The notes under the pieces were generated by a model that saw only the letters and a program-made list of their open reading frames with translations, was not told the origin of the DNA and ran no database searches. Shown here one piece after another: positions 1 through 9,247 of a stretch of 64,000 bases of DNA (positions are counted from its first letter, which is position 1; every line of letters starts with the position of its first letter). The position numbers and the translations under genes were made by a program. The stretch is taken from the NCBI RefSeq assembly GCF_965204145.1, contig NZ_OZ241977.1:3487811-3551810 (forward strand), given 5' to 3'. This stretch comes from Candidatus Poriferisocius sp. GTDB lineage: Bacteria > Actinomycetota > Acidimicrobiia > Acidimicrobiales > Bin134.

Positions 1-95
1 TCCACTTCGCCGGCCCCGGCGACATCTTGACCCAAACCCGCAACCAGGCGCAGCTCATCGCCTGGATCAACACCGAGATCGGCTCTCGCGAATAG
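1..95 (+). CDS. 3' end of an unidentified CDS entering from upstream of the window (...HFAGPGDILTQTRNQAQLIAWINTEIGSRE*)
   Basis: Frame 3 is open from the window edge to TAG at 93-95. Too short to assign a function. Confidence 0.3.
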   Translation, partial: HFAGPGDILTQTRNQAQLIAWINTEIGSRE

Positions 96-101
96 CAGCC
101 T

Positions 102-1082
102 CTAGCGCAGACAGCAGTCGGCGGGGCAGGCTGTCGGCGGGGGGCCCAGCACGAGATCGGCGATCATCTCGACGAACGCGGGGTGGATGCCCACAGTGGG
201 GACTCGGGTGAACCGCAGTCCGAGCATGTCGGCGTGCTGGCGGATTTCGATGTCGAGGTCGTAGACCACCTCGATGTGGTCGCACACGAAGCCGATGGGC
301 ACCACTACCACCGCGTCGGCCCCGCTTTGGGCCTGCCGGTCGAGCTCATCGGCGATGTCGGGCTCCAGCCACGGCACCTGGGGCGGGCCGCTGCGGCTCT
401 GGTAGGCCAGCGACCACTGGCTCGTTGCGGTGCGCTCCGCCACCCGGCGGCAGGCCTCGTGCACCTGGGCCACATAGGGGGCGGCGGCCGCCATCGACTG
501 GGGGATGCTGTGGGCGGTGAACACCACCGGGGCGCTGGGCTCGGTTTGGCGGGCGATGGCCAGGTTCTCGGCCATGGCCGACAAGAATCCCTCCTGATCC
601 CAGAACGGGGGCAGCTTGTGAATCATCGGAGCGTCGGGGCCGGCCGCCGCCCGAGCCCGCTCGATGTCCTCGGCGTACTGGCGGCAGCCGGAGTAGGAGC
701 CGAAGGCCGAGGTGGCGAACCCGATCGCCCGGGAGATCCCGTCGTCGCGCATCTGGGCCACGGTGTCGGCCAGCATCGGCGACCAGTTTCGGTTGCCCCA
801 GTACACCGGAAGATCCACCCCCCGGGAATCCAGCTCCGCGGCCAGGGCGGCGACCAGGTCGCGATTGCACTGGTTGATGGGGCTGACCCCGCCGAACAGG
901 TGGTAGTGCTCGGCCACTGCGGCCAATCGGTCGTCGCCGATGCCCCGTCCCCGGGTCACATTGCGCAGAAACGGCATCACGTCGTCGGGCCCCTCCGGCC
1001 CGCCGAAGGAAACGATCAGGATCGCGTCAACGTCTTGGGCCAGCCTGGGCTGGGCAGGGCCGTTTGAAGGAATAGGGGGCAT
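102..1082 (-). CDS. hemH: Ferrochelatase (actinobacterial coproporphyrin ferrochelatase type, C-terminal Cys cluster)
   Basis: 326-aa ORF. Family-typical stretches include ILIVSFGGPEGPDDVMPFL, FTAHSIP and VVPIGFVCDHIEVVYDLD. The C-terminal CPADCC resembles the [2Fe-2S] ligand region of actinobacterial enzymes. Confidence 0.9.
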   Translation of the reverse strand: MPPIPSNGPAQPRLAQDVDAILIVSFGGPEGPDDVMPFLRNVTRGRGIGDDRLAAVAEHYHLFGGVSPINQCNRDLVAALAAELDSRGVDLPVYWGNRNWSPMLADTVAQMRDDGISRAIGFATSAFGSYSGCRQYAEDIERARAAAGPDAPMIHKLPPFWDQEGFLSAMAENLAIARQTEPSAPVVFTAHSIPQSMAAAAPYVAQVHEACRRVAERTATSQWSLAYQSRSGPPQVPWLEPDIADELDRQAQSGADAVVVVPIGFVCDHIEVVYDLDIEIRQHADMLGLRFTRVPTVGIHPAFVEMIADLVLGPPPTACPADCCLR

Positions 1083-1176
1083 ATTCGGTAGATTTGTGTC
1101 AGCCGGTAGGGGTCTTGCTGCCCTGAAAGGTGTAGCGGGAGACCCGTTTCGAGGGTAGCCGAATTGGGGAGAGAGT

Positions 1177-2079
1177 TTGCGGGCTCAAGAACGCAGTCGT
1201 TTGACGGTTCTCTTCGTTGCGGTGGTGGTCACCGCAGTGGCTGCTGGCGGAGTCGCATTCGGACAGTCGGACAACGGGGGTGAACCCGCCCAGCCTGTCG
1301 CCGTAGAGGCGGTGATACCCCCATGGCGTGATCTGGAACGGGCCCAACAGGATCTGGAGGTAGCGATTGAGGCCCGCGAAGCAGCACAAGTGGCCTTGGA
1401 CCGCACGGTCGACGAACTGCACCGCGAGCTTGCCCGCTTGGATCAGCTCAACGATGTGGATACCGGCAGGCAATTGCTGAAGGACGAGGCCGAAAGGCTG
1501 GTCGTCCAGGAGTACATGTCGGGCGGCGACATCGAGGACTTGGCCTTCATTCTGGAAGTTTCCGAGGCCACCGACGCGCTTTGGCGGAAAGCCCTGCTAT
1601 CGGAAGTGTCCGAGGTGTTCGACCAAGCCTTGGACGCGAGAGAGAACGTGCCCGGAGAGCGGGAGCGAACCGAGGCGCGCGTCAGGCGGCTCGATGACGC
1701 CCTCCCATATCTGAGCAGTCGTCTGGCCGACGTAGAGGAGTCGATCGAAGCGGCCGAGTGGGTGGTGTACATCGCCGAGATCAACGACATGGCCGAACGG
1801 GAGCGGGTTGAGAACGGGTTCATCGAGCCCACTGAGCAGCATTGGTACAACCTGCGATTCTGCGAGTCCACCAACAACTACACCGTCGAGAGCGCCAACG
1901 GATTGTTCTACGGGGCCTACCAGTTCGAGCCCCGGACGTGGAGAACCGTGGGCGGCACCGGAAACCCGGCCCACGCCCCGCCCGAAGAGCAGGATGCCCG
2001 AGCCCGCCTGCTCTACGCCCGAAGGGGCGACCAACCCTGGCCCCGCGACTACTGCGGGCGGTTCCTGCCCCGGAACTAG
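1177..2079 (+). CDS. Secreted Rpf-like (resuscitation-promoting-factor type) transglycosylase with N-terminal TM/signal and coiled-coil region
   Basis: Hydrophobic N-terminus (LTVLFVAVVVTAVAAGGVAF). The C-terminal domain FCESTNNYTVESANGLFYGAYQFEPRTWRTVGG...QPWPRDYCG matches the Rpf/transglycosylase-like pattern (CES ... YGxxQF ... W..GG ... WP..C). The start codon (TTG 1177) is uncertain. Confidence 0.75.
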   Translation: MRAQERSRLTVLFVAVVVTAVAAGGVAFGQSDNGGEPAQPVAVEAVIPPWRDLERAQQDLEVAIEAREAAQVALDRTVDELHRELARLDQLNDVDTGRQLLKDEAERLVVQEYMSGGDIEDLAFILEVSEATDALWRKALLSEVSEVFDQALDARENVPGERERTEARVRRLDDALPYLSSRLADVEESIEAAEWVVYIAEINDMAERERVENGFIEPTEQHWYNLRFCESTNNYTVESANGLFYGAYQFEPRTWRTVGGTGNPAHAPPEEQDARARLLYARRGDQPWPRDYCGRFLPRN

Positions 2080-2091
2080 TTTCTTGACCTG

Positions 2092-4014
2092 ATGAAGCTG
2101 TGGGTGGCGCTGCTCCTTGCCGACTGTGTGCTCGTGGGCATCGGCCTCACCTATCTCACCGGTCTGAAGCTTCGCATCGAGGAGCGGGTGGCCTATGGCG
2201 CGGTGATCGGCTTCATGGCGGTCACCCTGGTGGGATACGCCGCGGGTTGGGCCGCGGGGAGGTTGAACGGAGGGGTGGTGGCCGGGGCGGCCCTGGTGGC
2301 CACCGCGATCTCCGCGGCGGGCTGGCGGGCGGGCATCGGCCAGATCGGCGCCGAGTGCCGTGACTTCGGGCGCCGCCTCATGCGGCCCATCTCCCGCCCC
2401 GACAACCCGGCCCCCCTGCTGATACTCACCGCCCCGGCCTGGGTGCTCACCGTGTGGATCTTGAACCAGGCCTATCTGCCCGACGGGTCGGGGGGTGTGC
2501 TGGCCGGGCACCTCTCGTCGTGGACCGACTGGCAGGCCCACCTCACCTACGCCTCGTCGTTCGCCCACGCCGAGAACTTCCCCCCGGAACTGCCCACCGC
2601 CTTCGGCGTCGATCGGCTGCCCTACCACTTCGGCATCGACTTCTTCGCTGCCATGCTCGACCGGGCTGGCTTGAGCGCCTTCGGTGGCCTGGAGGTGTCG
2701 TCGGGCTACCTCGCCTTCGCCTTTATCCCCACCTTGTATCTGGTGGGGGTGAGGCTGTTCTCCAGCCGGGCAGTGGGGGTGATCGCGGTGCTGGTGTTCA
2801 CCCTGTTCGGCGGGCTGGGCTGGACCCGCTTCTTCCACGATCGGGCCGAGGGCGGCTGGAGCATCATCTGGGACCTGCCCACCGACTACACCCGCCACCA
2901 TGCCGGCAACATCCTTATGGAGAACGCGGTCACCGGGAATCTCTACCCCCAGCGGCCGACCCTGGCCGGGTTCTCTTTGCTGTTGATCGTTGTGGTGCTC
3001 ATGTATGAAGCCCACAAGTCGGGGTCGCGCCGGCTGTTCGCCGCCGCCGGGGTGATCGTCGGGCTGATGCCGATATTCCACGTGTACTCATTTGGGATGG
3101 CACTGGGGTTGGGCTTGATCTGGGCGGTGCTGGCCCATCGCTGGCAGTGGCTGCTGTTCGCCTTGCCGGCGTTGGCCTTCTCGCTGCCCGCGGCACTGTG
3201 GATCAAGCCGCTGAACACCGAGATCGTGTGGGAGACCTGGGTGGACGGACCATGGATGCAGCCCCCCGGCTACTCCGTTGACCACGACAACCTGTTCGAG
3301 TTCTGGTGGCGAAACGCCGGGGTGTTCCTGTTGCTGATGCTGGCGGCGCAGCTCTGGTGGCGCACAATGCCCCGGGTCGTGCTGTGGGGGTCGATCCCGG
3401 TGTGGCTTTGGCTCATCGTGCCCAACTTCGTGCGGGTGGCCCCGTCGCATCCGTGGAACAACACCCACTGGTTCGTCCCGGTGATCCTTTTGGGGTCGCT
3501 GTTGGTTGCCGCCGTGCTGGTTCGGCTGGCCTCGATCGGATGGCCCGGGATCGTGGCGGCGGCCGTGCTGTTCTTCACCCTCACCTTCGCGGGGGCGCTC
3601 GACATCTGGAAGGCGGTCGACCCCGAAGTGAACGTGTGGCCCCACCCGATTGCCTCGGGCGACGGGGTGGCCGCCGGGGAGTGGGCGCGGGACCAGACGC
3701 CAGCCGACAGCGTGTTCTTGATCGGCTTCGAGCACACCCATCCGGTGCCGGCGCTCAGCGGGCGGCAGACGGTGGTGGGATTCGCCGGTTGGATCAACGA
3801 CCTCGGGGTGACCGACTGGCCGACACGGCATCAGCAGGCCCGCACCATGCTCGGCGGTTTCGAGGGAACCGAGAAACTGCTCGATGATTACGGAGTGGAC
3901 TATGTGGTGGTTGGGCCGATCGAGCGCCGAGCCGGGGTCAACGAGCAGTTCTGGGCGGCCCGAGGCACCCCGGTCTTTGCCCAGGGCACATATACCGTCT
4001 ACGAAGTGGACTGA
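2092..4014 (+). CDS. Large polytopic membrane protein, possibly a GT-C-fold glycosyltransferase (function unassigned)
   Basis: 640-aa ORF with more than 10 hydrophobic segments and a soluble C-terminal region. Lies directly upstream of a TIGR03663-like membrane protein. Confidence 0.6.
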   Translation: MKLWVALLLADCVLVGIGLTYLTGLKLRIEERVAYGAVIGFMAVTLVGYAAGWAAGRLNGGVVAGAALVATAISAAGWRAGIGQIGAECRDFGRRLMRPISRPDNPAPLLILTAPAWVLTVWILNQAYLPDGSGGVLAGHLSSWTDWQAHLTYASSFAHAENFPPELPTAFGVDRLPYHFGIDFFAAMLDRAGLSAFGGLEVSSGYLAFAFIPTLYLVGVRLFSSRAVGVIAVLVFTLFGGLGWTRFFHDRAEGGWSIIWDLPTDYTRHHAGNILMENAVTGNLYPQRPTLAGFSLLLIVVVLMYEAHKSGSRRLFAAAGVIVGLMPIFHVYSFGMALGLGLIWAVLAHRWQWLLFALPALAFSLPAALWIKPLNTEIVWETWVDGPWMQPPGYSVDHDNLFEFWWRNAGVFLLLMLAAQLWWRTMPRVVLWGSIPVWLWLIVPNFVRVAPSHPWNNTHWFVPVILLGSLLVAAVLVRLASIGWPGIVAAAVLFFTLTFAGALDIWKAVDPEVNVWPHPIASGDGVAAGEWARDQTPADSVFLIGFEHTHPVPALSGRQTVVGFAGWINDLGVTDWPTRHQQARTMLGGFEGTEKLLDDYGVDYVVVGPIERRAGVNEQFWAARGTPVFAQGTYTVYEVD

Positions 4015-4017
4015 GCA

Positions 4018-5871
4018 GTGCGAGAGATGATCCGCGAACGAGACGTGCCCCTCGGGGGCTGGAGCCCGGTGAAATTCTGGCGCCGTCGCCCGGAGACGGC
4101 GCTGGCCATTGCCGTCGGGACGATGGCGGTGGCCGGGCTGGTGCTGCGGCTCGTGGAATTGGCCGAGCGCCCCCTGCACCACGACGAGAGCATCGACGCC
4201 TGGTACTCCTGGCAGTTCCTAGAGGGAACCTTCGAAGGGTACGACCCGGTGTACCACGGACCGCTGCGCTTCTATCTGACGGCGGCGTTCTTCTGGGTGT
4301 TCGGGGAGTCGCACACCACCGCCCGCATGGTGGCCGTTTTGGCCGGGGTGGGGCTCATCGTGCTGCCGTGGTTCCTGCGCCGGTCGTTGGGCCCGGTGGT
4401 GACCCTGACGGCTGCTGCGGTGCTGGCGTTCAGCCCGATCGCCCTCTATATGACCCGTCTGGGGCGGGAGGACTCGCTGACCGCTTTCATCACGCTGGCG
4501 ATGATGGTGGTGATCGTCCGATTCCTGGACCGCCCCCGGCTGCTGTTGCCCGCGCTGTTCGGGTTCTTGTTGGCCGCGGGCTTCGCGGTCAAAGAGACCA
4601 CATTCATCTTCGTGTTCATCTTCGGGGGCTTCTTCTTGGCCCTGTTGGCCGAGCAGGCCACCCAGCACAACAGCGAGGGCCGTACCGAGAAGCCGCTGGG
4701 CAGGTTCGCCGGGTGGTCGTGGATGCTGCCGGCCGGACTGGTCCCCATGGGCATCGCCTTCGGAGTCAGCGCCTACTACGACGCAGAGGTCTTCGTCACT
4801 CTGGGCGTCTACGGGGTGCTCATGGCGATGGTCATCCTCATGAGGGCCAGCCCCGCGCAGATCTGGGACCTGCCGGTGGTGCGGGCCGCTCGCGGCGTGT
4901 CCGGGTGGGGGTGGGTGCTGGCCGCCGCGGTGTTCCTGTTCTTCTTCGCCCTGTGGTTCACCGTCTTCTTCACCAACTCAGCGGGCTTTGTGGACGGCTT
5001 CACCGAGGGGATCACCTACTGGCGGGGCGAGCAGGACACCAACCGGGGCAGCGAGCCGTGGCACTACTACCTGTACACCATCGGGCTCTACGAGTACGTG
5101 GTGTGCATCCTCGCGGTGATCGGCGCGATCCATGTCTTCCGCAGCCCCTCATTTGTCGGCAAGCTCATGCTGTGGACCGCGGTAGCCAGTTGGTTCTCGT
5201 ACTCCTGGGCCAGCGAGCGGTTCCCGTGGCTGGCGCTGCACATTCTGGTGCCGATGGGCTTTCTGGCCGGTTACGGCGTCCAGGTGCTGTGGCAGGCCCG
5301 GAGAAGAGTGTGGATGGTCCCGGTATGGGTGGTGCTCGCCGGTCTGCTGGCCACCACGCTGTTCGTCTCTTGGCGGGTCAACTACGACAACCAGCGGGAT
5401 CCGCGAGAACTCCTGACCCAGGTCCACACCACCGATGACTACCTCGACACCGTGCACCGCATCGAGGCTCTCAACGAGTACAGCAAGTCGATCGGCGAGG
5501 GTCCGGTGACAGTGGCGGTGGACACCGCCATCTCGGTGCCCAACCTGTGGTATTTCCGGGATTACGAGGCCCGCACTTGGACAGATTCCGCCTCGGCGCA
5601 ACATGTGTCGGCCGATTTCGTGCTCCACCTCCCGGAGAGCAACATCCTCGGTGTCGCCGCTGAACTGGCCGACCACCAGACCACCCGTTTGCCGCTGCGG
5701 GACTGGTGGGCCCCGCAGTTCGAGTCGTACCACGACGGTTGGGTCTCGGGCTGGGCCCGATGGCTGGTGAGCCGGGAGGTGTGGAACGAGGGCACGCTGG
5801 GCAGTACCAACTTCGATCTCTCCGTGAGCCCCCGGGCTCTCGACCTCGAGGCCCGAGTGGCCGCGGGCTAG
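4018..5871 (+). CDS. TIGR03663-like / PMT_2-type polytopic membrane glycosyltransferase family protein
   Basis: 617-aa ORF. The N-terminal RLVELAERPLHHDESIDAWYSW motif is typical of this family as I recall it. Many TM helices. Confidence 0.65.
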   Translation: MREMIRERDVPLGGWSPVKFWRRRPETALAIAVGTMAVAGLVLRLVELAERPLHHDESIDAWYSWQFLEGTFEGYDPVYHGPLRFYLTAAFFWVFGESHTTARMVAVLAGVGLIVLPWFLRRSLGPVVTLTAAAVLAFSPIALYMTRLGREDSLTAFITLAMMVVIVRFLDRPRLLLPALFGFLLAAGFAVKETTFIFVFIFGGFFLALLAEQATQHNSEGRTEKPLGRFAGWSWMLPAGLVPMGIAFGVSAYYDAEVFVTLGVYGVLMAMVILMRASPAQIWDLPVVRAARGVSGWGWVLAAAVFLFFFALWFTVFFTNSAGFVDGFTEGITYWRGEQDTNRGSEPWHYYLYTIGLYEYVVCILAVIGAIHVFRSPSFVGKLMLWTAVASWFSYSWASERFPWLALHILVPMGFLAGYGVQVLWQARRRVWMVPVWVVLAGLLATTLFVSWRVNYDNQRDPRELLTQVHTTDDYLDTVHRIEALNEYSKSIGEGPVTVAVDTAISVPNLWYFRDYEARTWTDSASAQHVSADFVLHLPESNILGVAAELADHQTTRLPLRDWWAPQFESYHDGWVSGWARWLVSREVWNEGTLGSTNFDLSVSPRALDLEARVAAG

Positions 5872-5875
5872 CGGT

Positions 5876-6673
5876 TCACGAAACGTAGGGCAACGACAGA
5901 ACCACCCGCTCGCCCAACTCGCGGTCGCCGGCGAGGGTCACCAGGCTGGCGGCGAGCGCTCCAGCGGGGTCGGTGCGACCGCAGCACAGCGCGTTGTAGG
6001 TGTCCACATCGGTGTGCACGGTTGCGGTGGGGTTGTCGGCCGGGGCCGAGGGCTTGGCCCGGCCGTCGGTCACTGCCACACCCCGGGGACCGTCGGCATC
6101 GCCGTCGATGGCGAACACCACCGTGCTGCCCTCGGGGGCGCCGGCCTTCTTGCCCACCACAAAACCCATGTTGCGGGCATGCCAGTCCAAGCAGTGCTGG
6201 ACCACCGGGCCGCTCAGGTGCCCGGGGATGCCCAGCGCCCGGCGCATGTCCTGTTCGTGAGCCCAGCAGTCGAACACCCGGATGTGCATGAACGTCCGGT
6301 ACGGGGCGTCGCCGATGGGGGTGAAGCCCACCTCGTCCCATTTCTCTGCGGGCAGGTTCCGCAGCATCTCCACCCGCCGGGCGCAGATGTCGCTCATCTC
6401 GGCCAGCACTTCGGCACCGGGCCGGGTACGGCGGGGGGCGATCTGGCCCTCGTTGAAGGCGGCGATGCCCTCGAGCCCGCCTTCGGTGGCGGGCGGCTCG
6501 GGCTTCTCGCCGGCCAGCATCAGCTCAAGGCCGACGATGTGGCTCACCTGATCGCGCACCGACCATCCGGGGCACTCGGTGGGCGTATCCCACTGCTCAT
6601 CGCTCAAATCGGCACCCAACTGGGCGATGGAATCCCAAACCGCCTCCAACAATTCAATGACCGGGTCGCTCAT
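5876..6673 (-). CDS. Maleylpyruvate-isomerase-family mycothiol-dependent enzyme (DinB/TIGR03083-like)
   Basis: The track ORF 5876-7054 was trimmed to ATG 6671-6673 (MSDPVIELLEAVWDSIAQLGADLSDEQWDTPTECPGWSVRDQVSHI...). The upstream part of the ORF is Arg/Gly/Pro junk that overlaps the crotonase gene. An ATGA start/stop overlap joins it to the upstream gene. Confidence 0.75.
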   Translation of the reverse strand: MSDPVIELLEAVWDSIAQLGADLSDEQWDTPTECPGWSVRDQVSHIVGLELMLAGEKPEPPATEGGLEGIAAFNEGQIAPRRTRPGAEVLAEMSDICARRVEMLRNLPAEKWDEVGFTPIGDAPYRTFMHIRVFDCWAHEQDMRRALGIPGHLSGPVVQHCLDWHARNMGFVVGKKAGAPEGSTVVFAIDGDADGPRGVAVTDGRAKPSAPADNPTATVHTDVDTYNALCCGRTDPAGALAASLVTLAGDRELGERVVLSLPYVS

Positions 6674-7428
6674 GTCGCTAGTCCTACCGTGAATGATCTG
6701 GTGTCGTCGTCGAGCATCTGATGGACGGATTCGGCCACCGGGCCTCGGATGATGCGCCGGGTGGCGGCAAAGGCCTTGATCGAGAGGCTCTCGGCCAGCC
6801 CGGCGGCTTCGGCCATTGCCGCCTCCTCCAGCTCGTCTTCGGGCACCACCCAGTCCAAGTAGCCGACGTCGGTGGCTGAGGCGGGCGAGTAGAGCCGGGC
6901 GAGAAGGACAGAGGAGTGGACATGGCGGGGCGAGAGCCGGTCTCGGGCCAGCGTGACCACCGACGTGGGCAGCACCATGCCGATGGCCGTTTCGTTGAGC
7001 CCGATCTTGGCGGGCACGTCGGCGCCGATGCGCACATCGCAGCACATGAGCCATATGGCTCCGGCGGCGAAGGCGTGACCGGTGCAGGCGGCCACCACGG
7101 GGATGGGGAACTCGTACAGCCGGACGAACAAGTCCATGCCCGCCCGGAACAGGTTGCTGGCCGCTTCGGGGCCCGACTGCATCACCTTGAGATCGAATCC
7201 GGCGGTGAACTTGCCCGGTCGGCCCATCAGCACCACCGCTTTGGCCTCGCTTTCGGCCCGGTCGAGCGACTCTTGCAGGGCGGCGATCACCTCGTGGGAA
7301 AGCACATTCACTTTGCCGTCGTCCACCCGGACGAGGGCGACGTCGCCGGTCAGCTCATAGCTGACTGATGGACTGCTTGTGGCTGACATGGGCGATGAGA
7401 ATATCGCGACGGTGCTCGGTAGCATCAT
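6670..7428 (-). CDS. Enoyl-CoA hydratase/isomerase (crotonase) family protein
   Basis: Crotonase-like stretches are VALVRVDDGKVNVL, GKFTAGFDLK and ACTGHAFAAGAIWLMCCD. A start at ATG 7389 (MSATSSPSV...) is equally plausible. Confidence 0.8.
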   Translation of the reverse strand: MMLPSTVAIFSSPMSATSSPSVSYELTGDVALVRVDDGKVNVLSHEVIAALQESLDRAESEAKAVVLMGRPGKFTAGFDLKVMQSGPEAASNLFRAGMDLFVRLYEFPIPVVAACTGHAFAAGAIWLMCCDVRIGADVPAKIGLNETAIGMVLPTSVVTLARDRLSPRHVHSSVLLARLYSPASATDVGYLDWVVPEDELEEAAMAEAAGLAESLSIKAFAATRRIIRGPVAESVHQMLDDDTRSFTVGLAT

Positions 7429-8375
7429 CGGCTGTGCCAGCAGCCATTTCCGCCCAAGGGCTGCGCCGAACCTACGGCGACGTAGTGGCGGTTGACTCCC
7501 TCGACCTGAATGTCGCCGAGGGGGAGGTGTACGGGTTTCTGGGGCCCAACGGCGCGGGCAAATCCACAGTGGTGCGGATGCTGTGCACGCTGGCGTCGAT
7601 GACCGCCGGGTCGGCCTCGGTGGCCGGCTACGACGTGGCCAACCAGGGCGATCTGGTGCGCCTGAGCATCGGCGTGGCCCTCCAAGACGCCGCTCTCGAC
7701 GGCAAGCTCACCGGCCGAGAGACGCTGACCCTGCAAGGCCGCTACTACGGCCTGCACCGGGACGCCGTCATCACCCGCATCGAGGAGTTGGCTCCCCTGC
7801 TGGAGATGGATGCCATCGACCGGCGGGTGTCCACCTACTCGGGGGGAATGAAACGCCGTTTGGATTTGGCCGCCGCGCTGATGCACAACCCCGAGGTGCT
7901 GTTTCTCGACGAGCCCACCACCGGCCTCGACCCCATCAGCCGGGCAGTGGTGTGGGAGCAGATCCGGAGCTTGAACCGAGACCTGGGCATGACCATCTTC
8001 CTCACCACCCAGTACTTGGAGGAGGCCGACGCGCTGACCCACCGGGTGGGCATCTTGGACCAGGGCCGTCTGGTGGCCGAGGGCACGCCCGATGAGCTCA
8101 AGCGAACGGTGGGCTCCGACGTGGTGGTGGCCCGGGTGGCCGGCAATCCCGACGTGGCCGCCCAGGCCATCGGGCAAGTGCCGGGCATCAGTCATATCGA
8201 GGTGTACGGCAACGAGGTGAGCGCGGCCACCAGCGACGGGGCCTCGGTGATCAGCCCGGTGGCGGTGGCCTTGTCGGCTGCTGGGGTCGAGGTGACCGAT
8301 CTGTCGATCCATCCCACCACGCTCGACGACGTGTTCTTGGAGCTCACCGGCGCTCGGATCGAGGTTGAGGAATGA
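7368..8375 (+). CDS. ABC transporter ATP-binding protein (DrrA/ABC-2 exporter type)
   Basis: Walker A GPNGAGKST, signature YSGGMKRRL, Walker B VLFLDEPTTGLD. The start is uncertain (ATG 7368, ATG 7395 or GTG 7434). Confidence 0.9.
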   Translation: MDCLWLTWAMRISRRCSVASSAVPAAISAQGLRRTYGDVVAVDSLDLNVAEGEVYGFLGPNGAGKSTVVRMLCTLASMTAGSASVAGYDVANQGDLVRLSIGVALQDAALDGKLTGRETLTLQGRYYGLHRDAVITRIEELAPLLEMDAIDRRVSTYSGGMKRRLDLAAALMHNPEVLFLDEPTTGLDPISRAVVWEQIRSLNRDLGMTIFLTTQYLEEADALTHRVGILDQGRLVAEGTPDELKRTVGSDVVVARVAGNPDVAAQAIGQVPGISHIEVYGNEVSAATSDGASVISPVAVALSAAGVEVTDLSIHPTTLDDVFLELTGARIEVEE

Positions 8376-9190
8376 GCGAGACCGCTCTCACCAGCCCGGC
8401 CGGAGGCGAGGTCATCCGGGCTCGCCCGTCGGGGTTTTTCGGCGACATGGCCTCGGTGGCCAGCCGGGCCTTGCGGCTGCTGCCCCGAGACCTGGAGGCG
8501 ATCATCCCCGCCATGCTGATCCCCCTGTTCTTTTTGTTGGTGACCATCGGGGCCATCCAGAACCTGGCCGGCGACGTGGTCTCCGACATCGATTACAAGG
8601 CCTTCCAGCTGCCGGTGGCCATCATGACCGCGGTGACCGGCATGTCCCGGGCCAACTCGCTGGTGATCGACATCTCCGAGGGCTACTTCGACCGTCTCCT
8701 GATGACTCCCGTGAACCGCTACGCCCTGCTGTTGGGGCTCATGGTGGCCGACTTCACGCTGTTCGTGGTCATGGCCATACCGGTGATCGCAGTTGGATTC
8801 GCCATCGGGGTGAGCTTCGGCGCCACCGGGGTGGTGGGCCTGGTGGTGTTCGTGCTGTTCGGAGCTTTGTGGGGGCTGGCCTTCACCGGTTTTCCCTATG
8901 CCATCGCGCTGCGCACCGGGAATCCCGCGGCGGTGAACTCCAGCTTCCTACTGTTCTTCCCCTTCATGTTCTTGACCACTGCCTGGGTGAGCCGCGAGGT
9001 GATGACCGACTGGCTGGCCGCCATCACCTGGTTCAACCCCATGACCTACGCCCTGGAGGGAATGCGCTCGCTGTTCTCCGGCTGGGACGGCTGGGCGCTG
9101 GGTCGGGCGTTGCTGGCCATCGGCGTGGTGGGGCTTTTGGCCCAATCACTGGCCTTCCGGTCACTGCGGGGCCGCATCCGCCGCGGCTGA
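8372..9190 (+). CDS. ABC-2 type transporter permease
   Basis: 272-aa, about 6 TM segments. An ATGA overlap with the preceding ATPase gene indicates an operon. Confidence 0.85.
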   Translation: MSETALTSPAGGEVIRARPSGFFGDMASVASRALRLLPRDLEAIIPAMLIPLFFLLVTIGAIQNLAGDVVSDIDYKAFQLPVAIMTAVTGMSRANSLVIDISEGYFDRLLMTPVNRYALLLGLMVADFTLFVVMAIPVIAVGFAIGVSFGATGVVGLVVFVLFGALWGLAFTGFPYAIALRTGNPAAVNSSFLLFFPFMFLTTAWVSREVMTDWLAAITWFNPMTYALEGMRSLFSGWDGWALGRALLAIGVVGLLAQSLAFRSLRGRIRRG

Positions 9191-9247
9191 TCGCGCTTCA
9201 TTCGGCGGTTCAGGCCATGGTGGCAGGGGGCGGGCTCGGGTAGGCTG

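Noticed and set aside
1083-1176. Possible c-di-AMP (ydaO-type) riboswitch upstream of the Rpf-like gene, as occurs before rpf genes in some Actinobacteria.
   Set aside because: The leader is only about 94 nt. I could not lay the pseudo-symmetric conserved ydaO core elements onto the sequence by eye. An Infernal/Rfam scan would be needed before any claim.
1597-3081. Many very long ORFs antisense to or overlapping the called genes. Examples are 1597-3081(-), 9813-11600(-), 11696-13129(-), 14700-16337(+), 16913-18268(+), 19956-21713(-), 28130-29803(-), 34518-36356(-), 44659-46371(-) and 48120-49907(+).
   Set aside because: Their translations are Arg/Gly/Pro/His-rich low-complexity strings with no motifs. 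Each lies opposite or out of frame to a gene with clear family signatures. These are typical high-GC shadow ORFs.
4012-4020. The two large membrane-protein genes (2092-4014 and 4018-5871) are in the same frame, separated only by TGA plus one codon. I considered readthrough or Sec fusion.
   Set aside because: Sharing a frame has a one-in-three chance. The second protein begins with the normal N-terminus of its family. The only nearby hairpin (GCCCC-UCG-GGGGC) has its loop about 37 nt downstream and lacks SECIS-like features.
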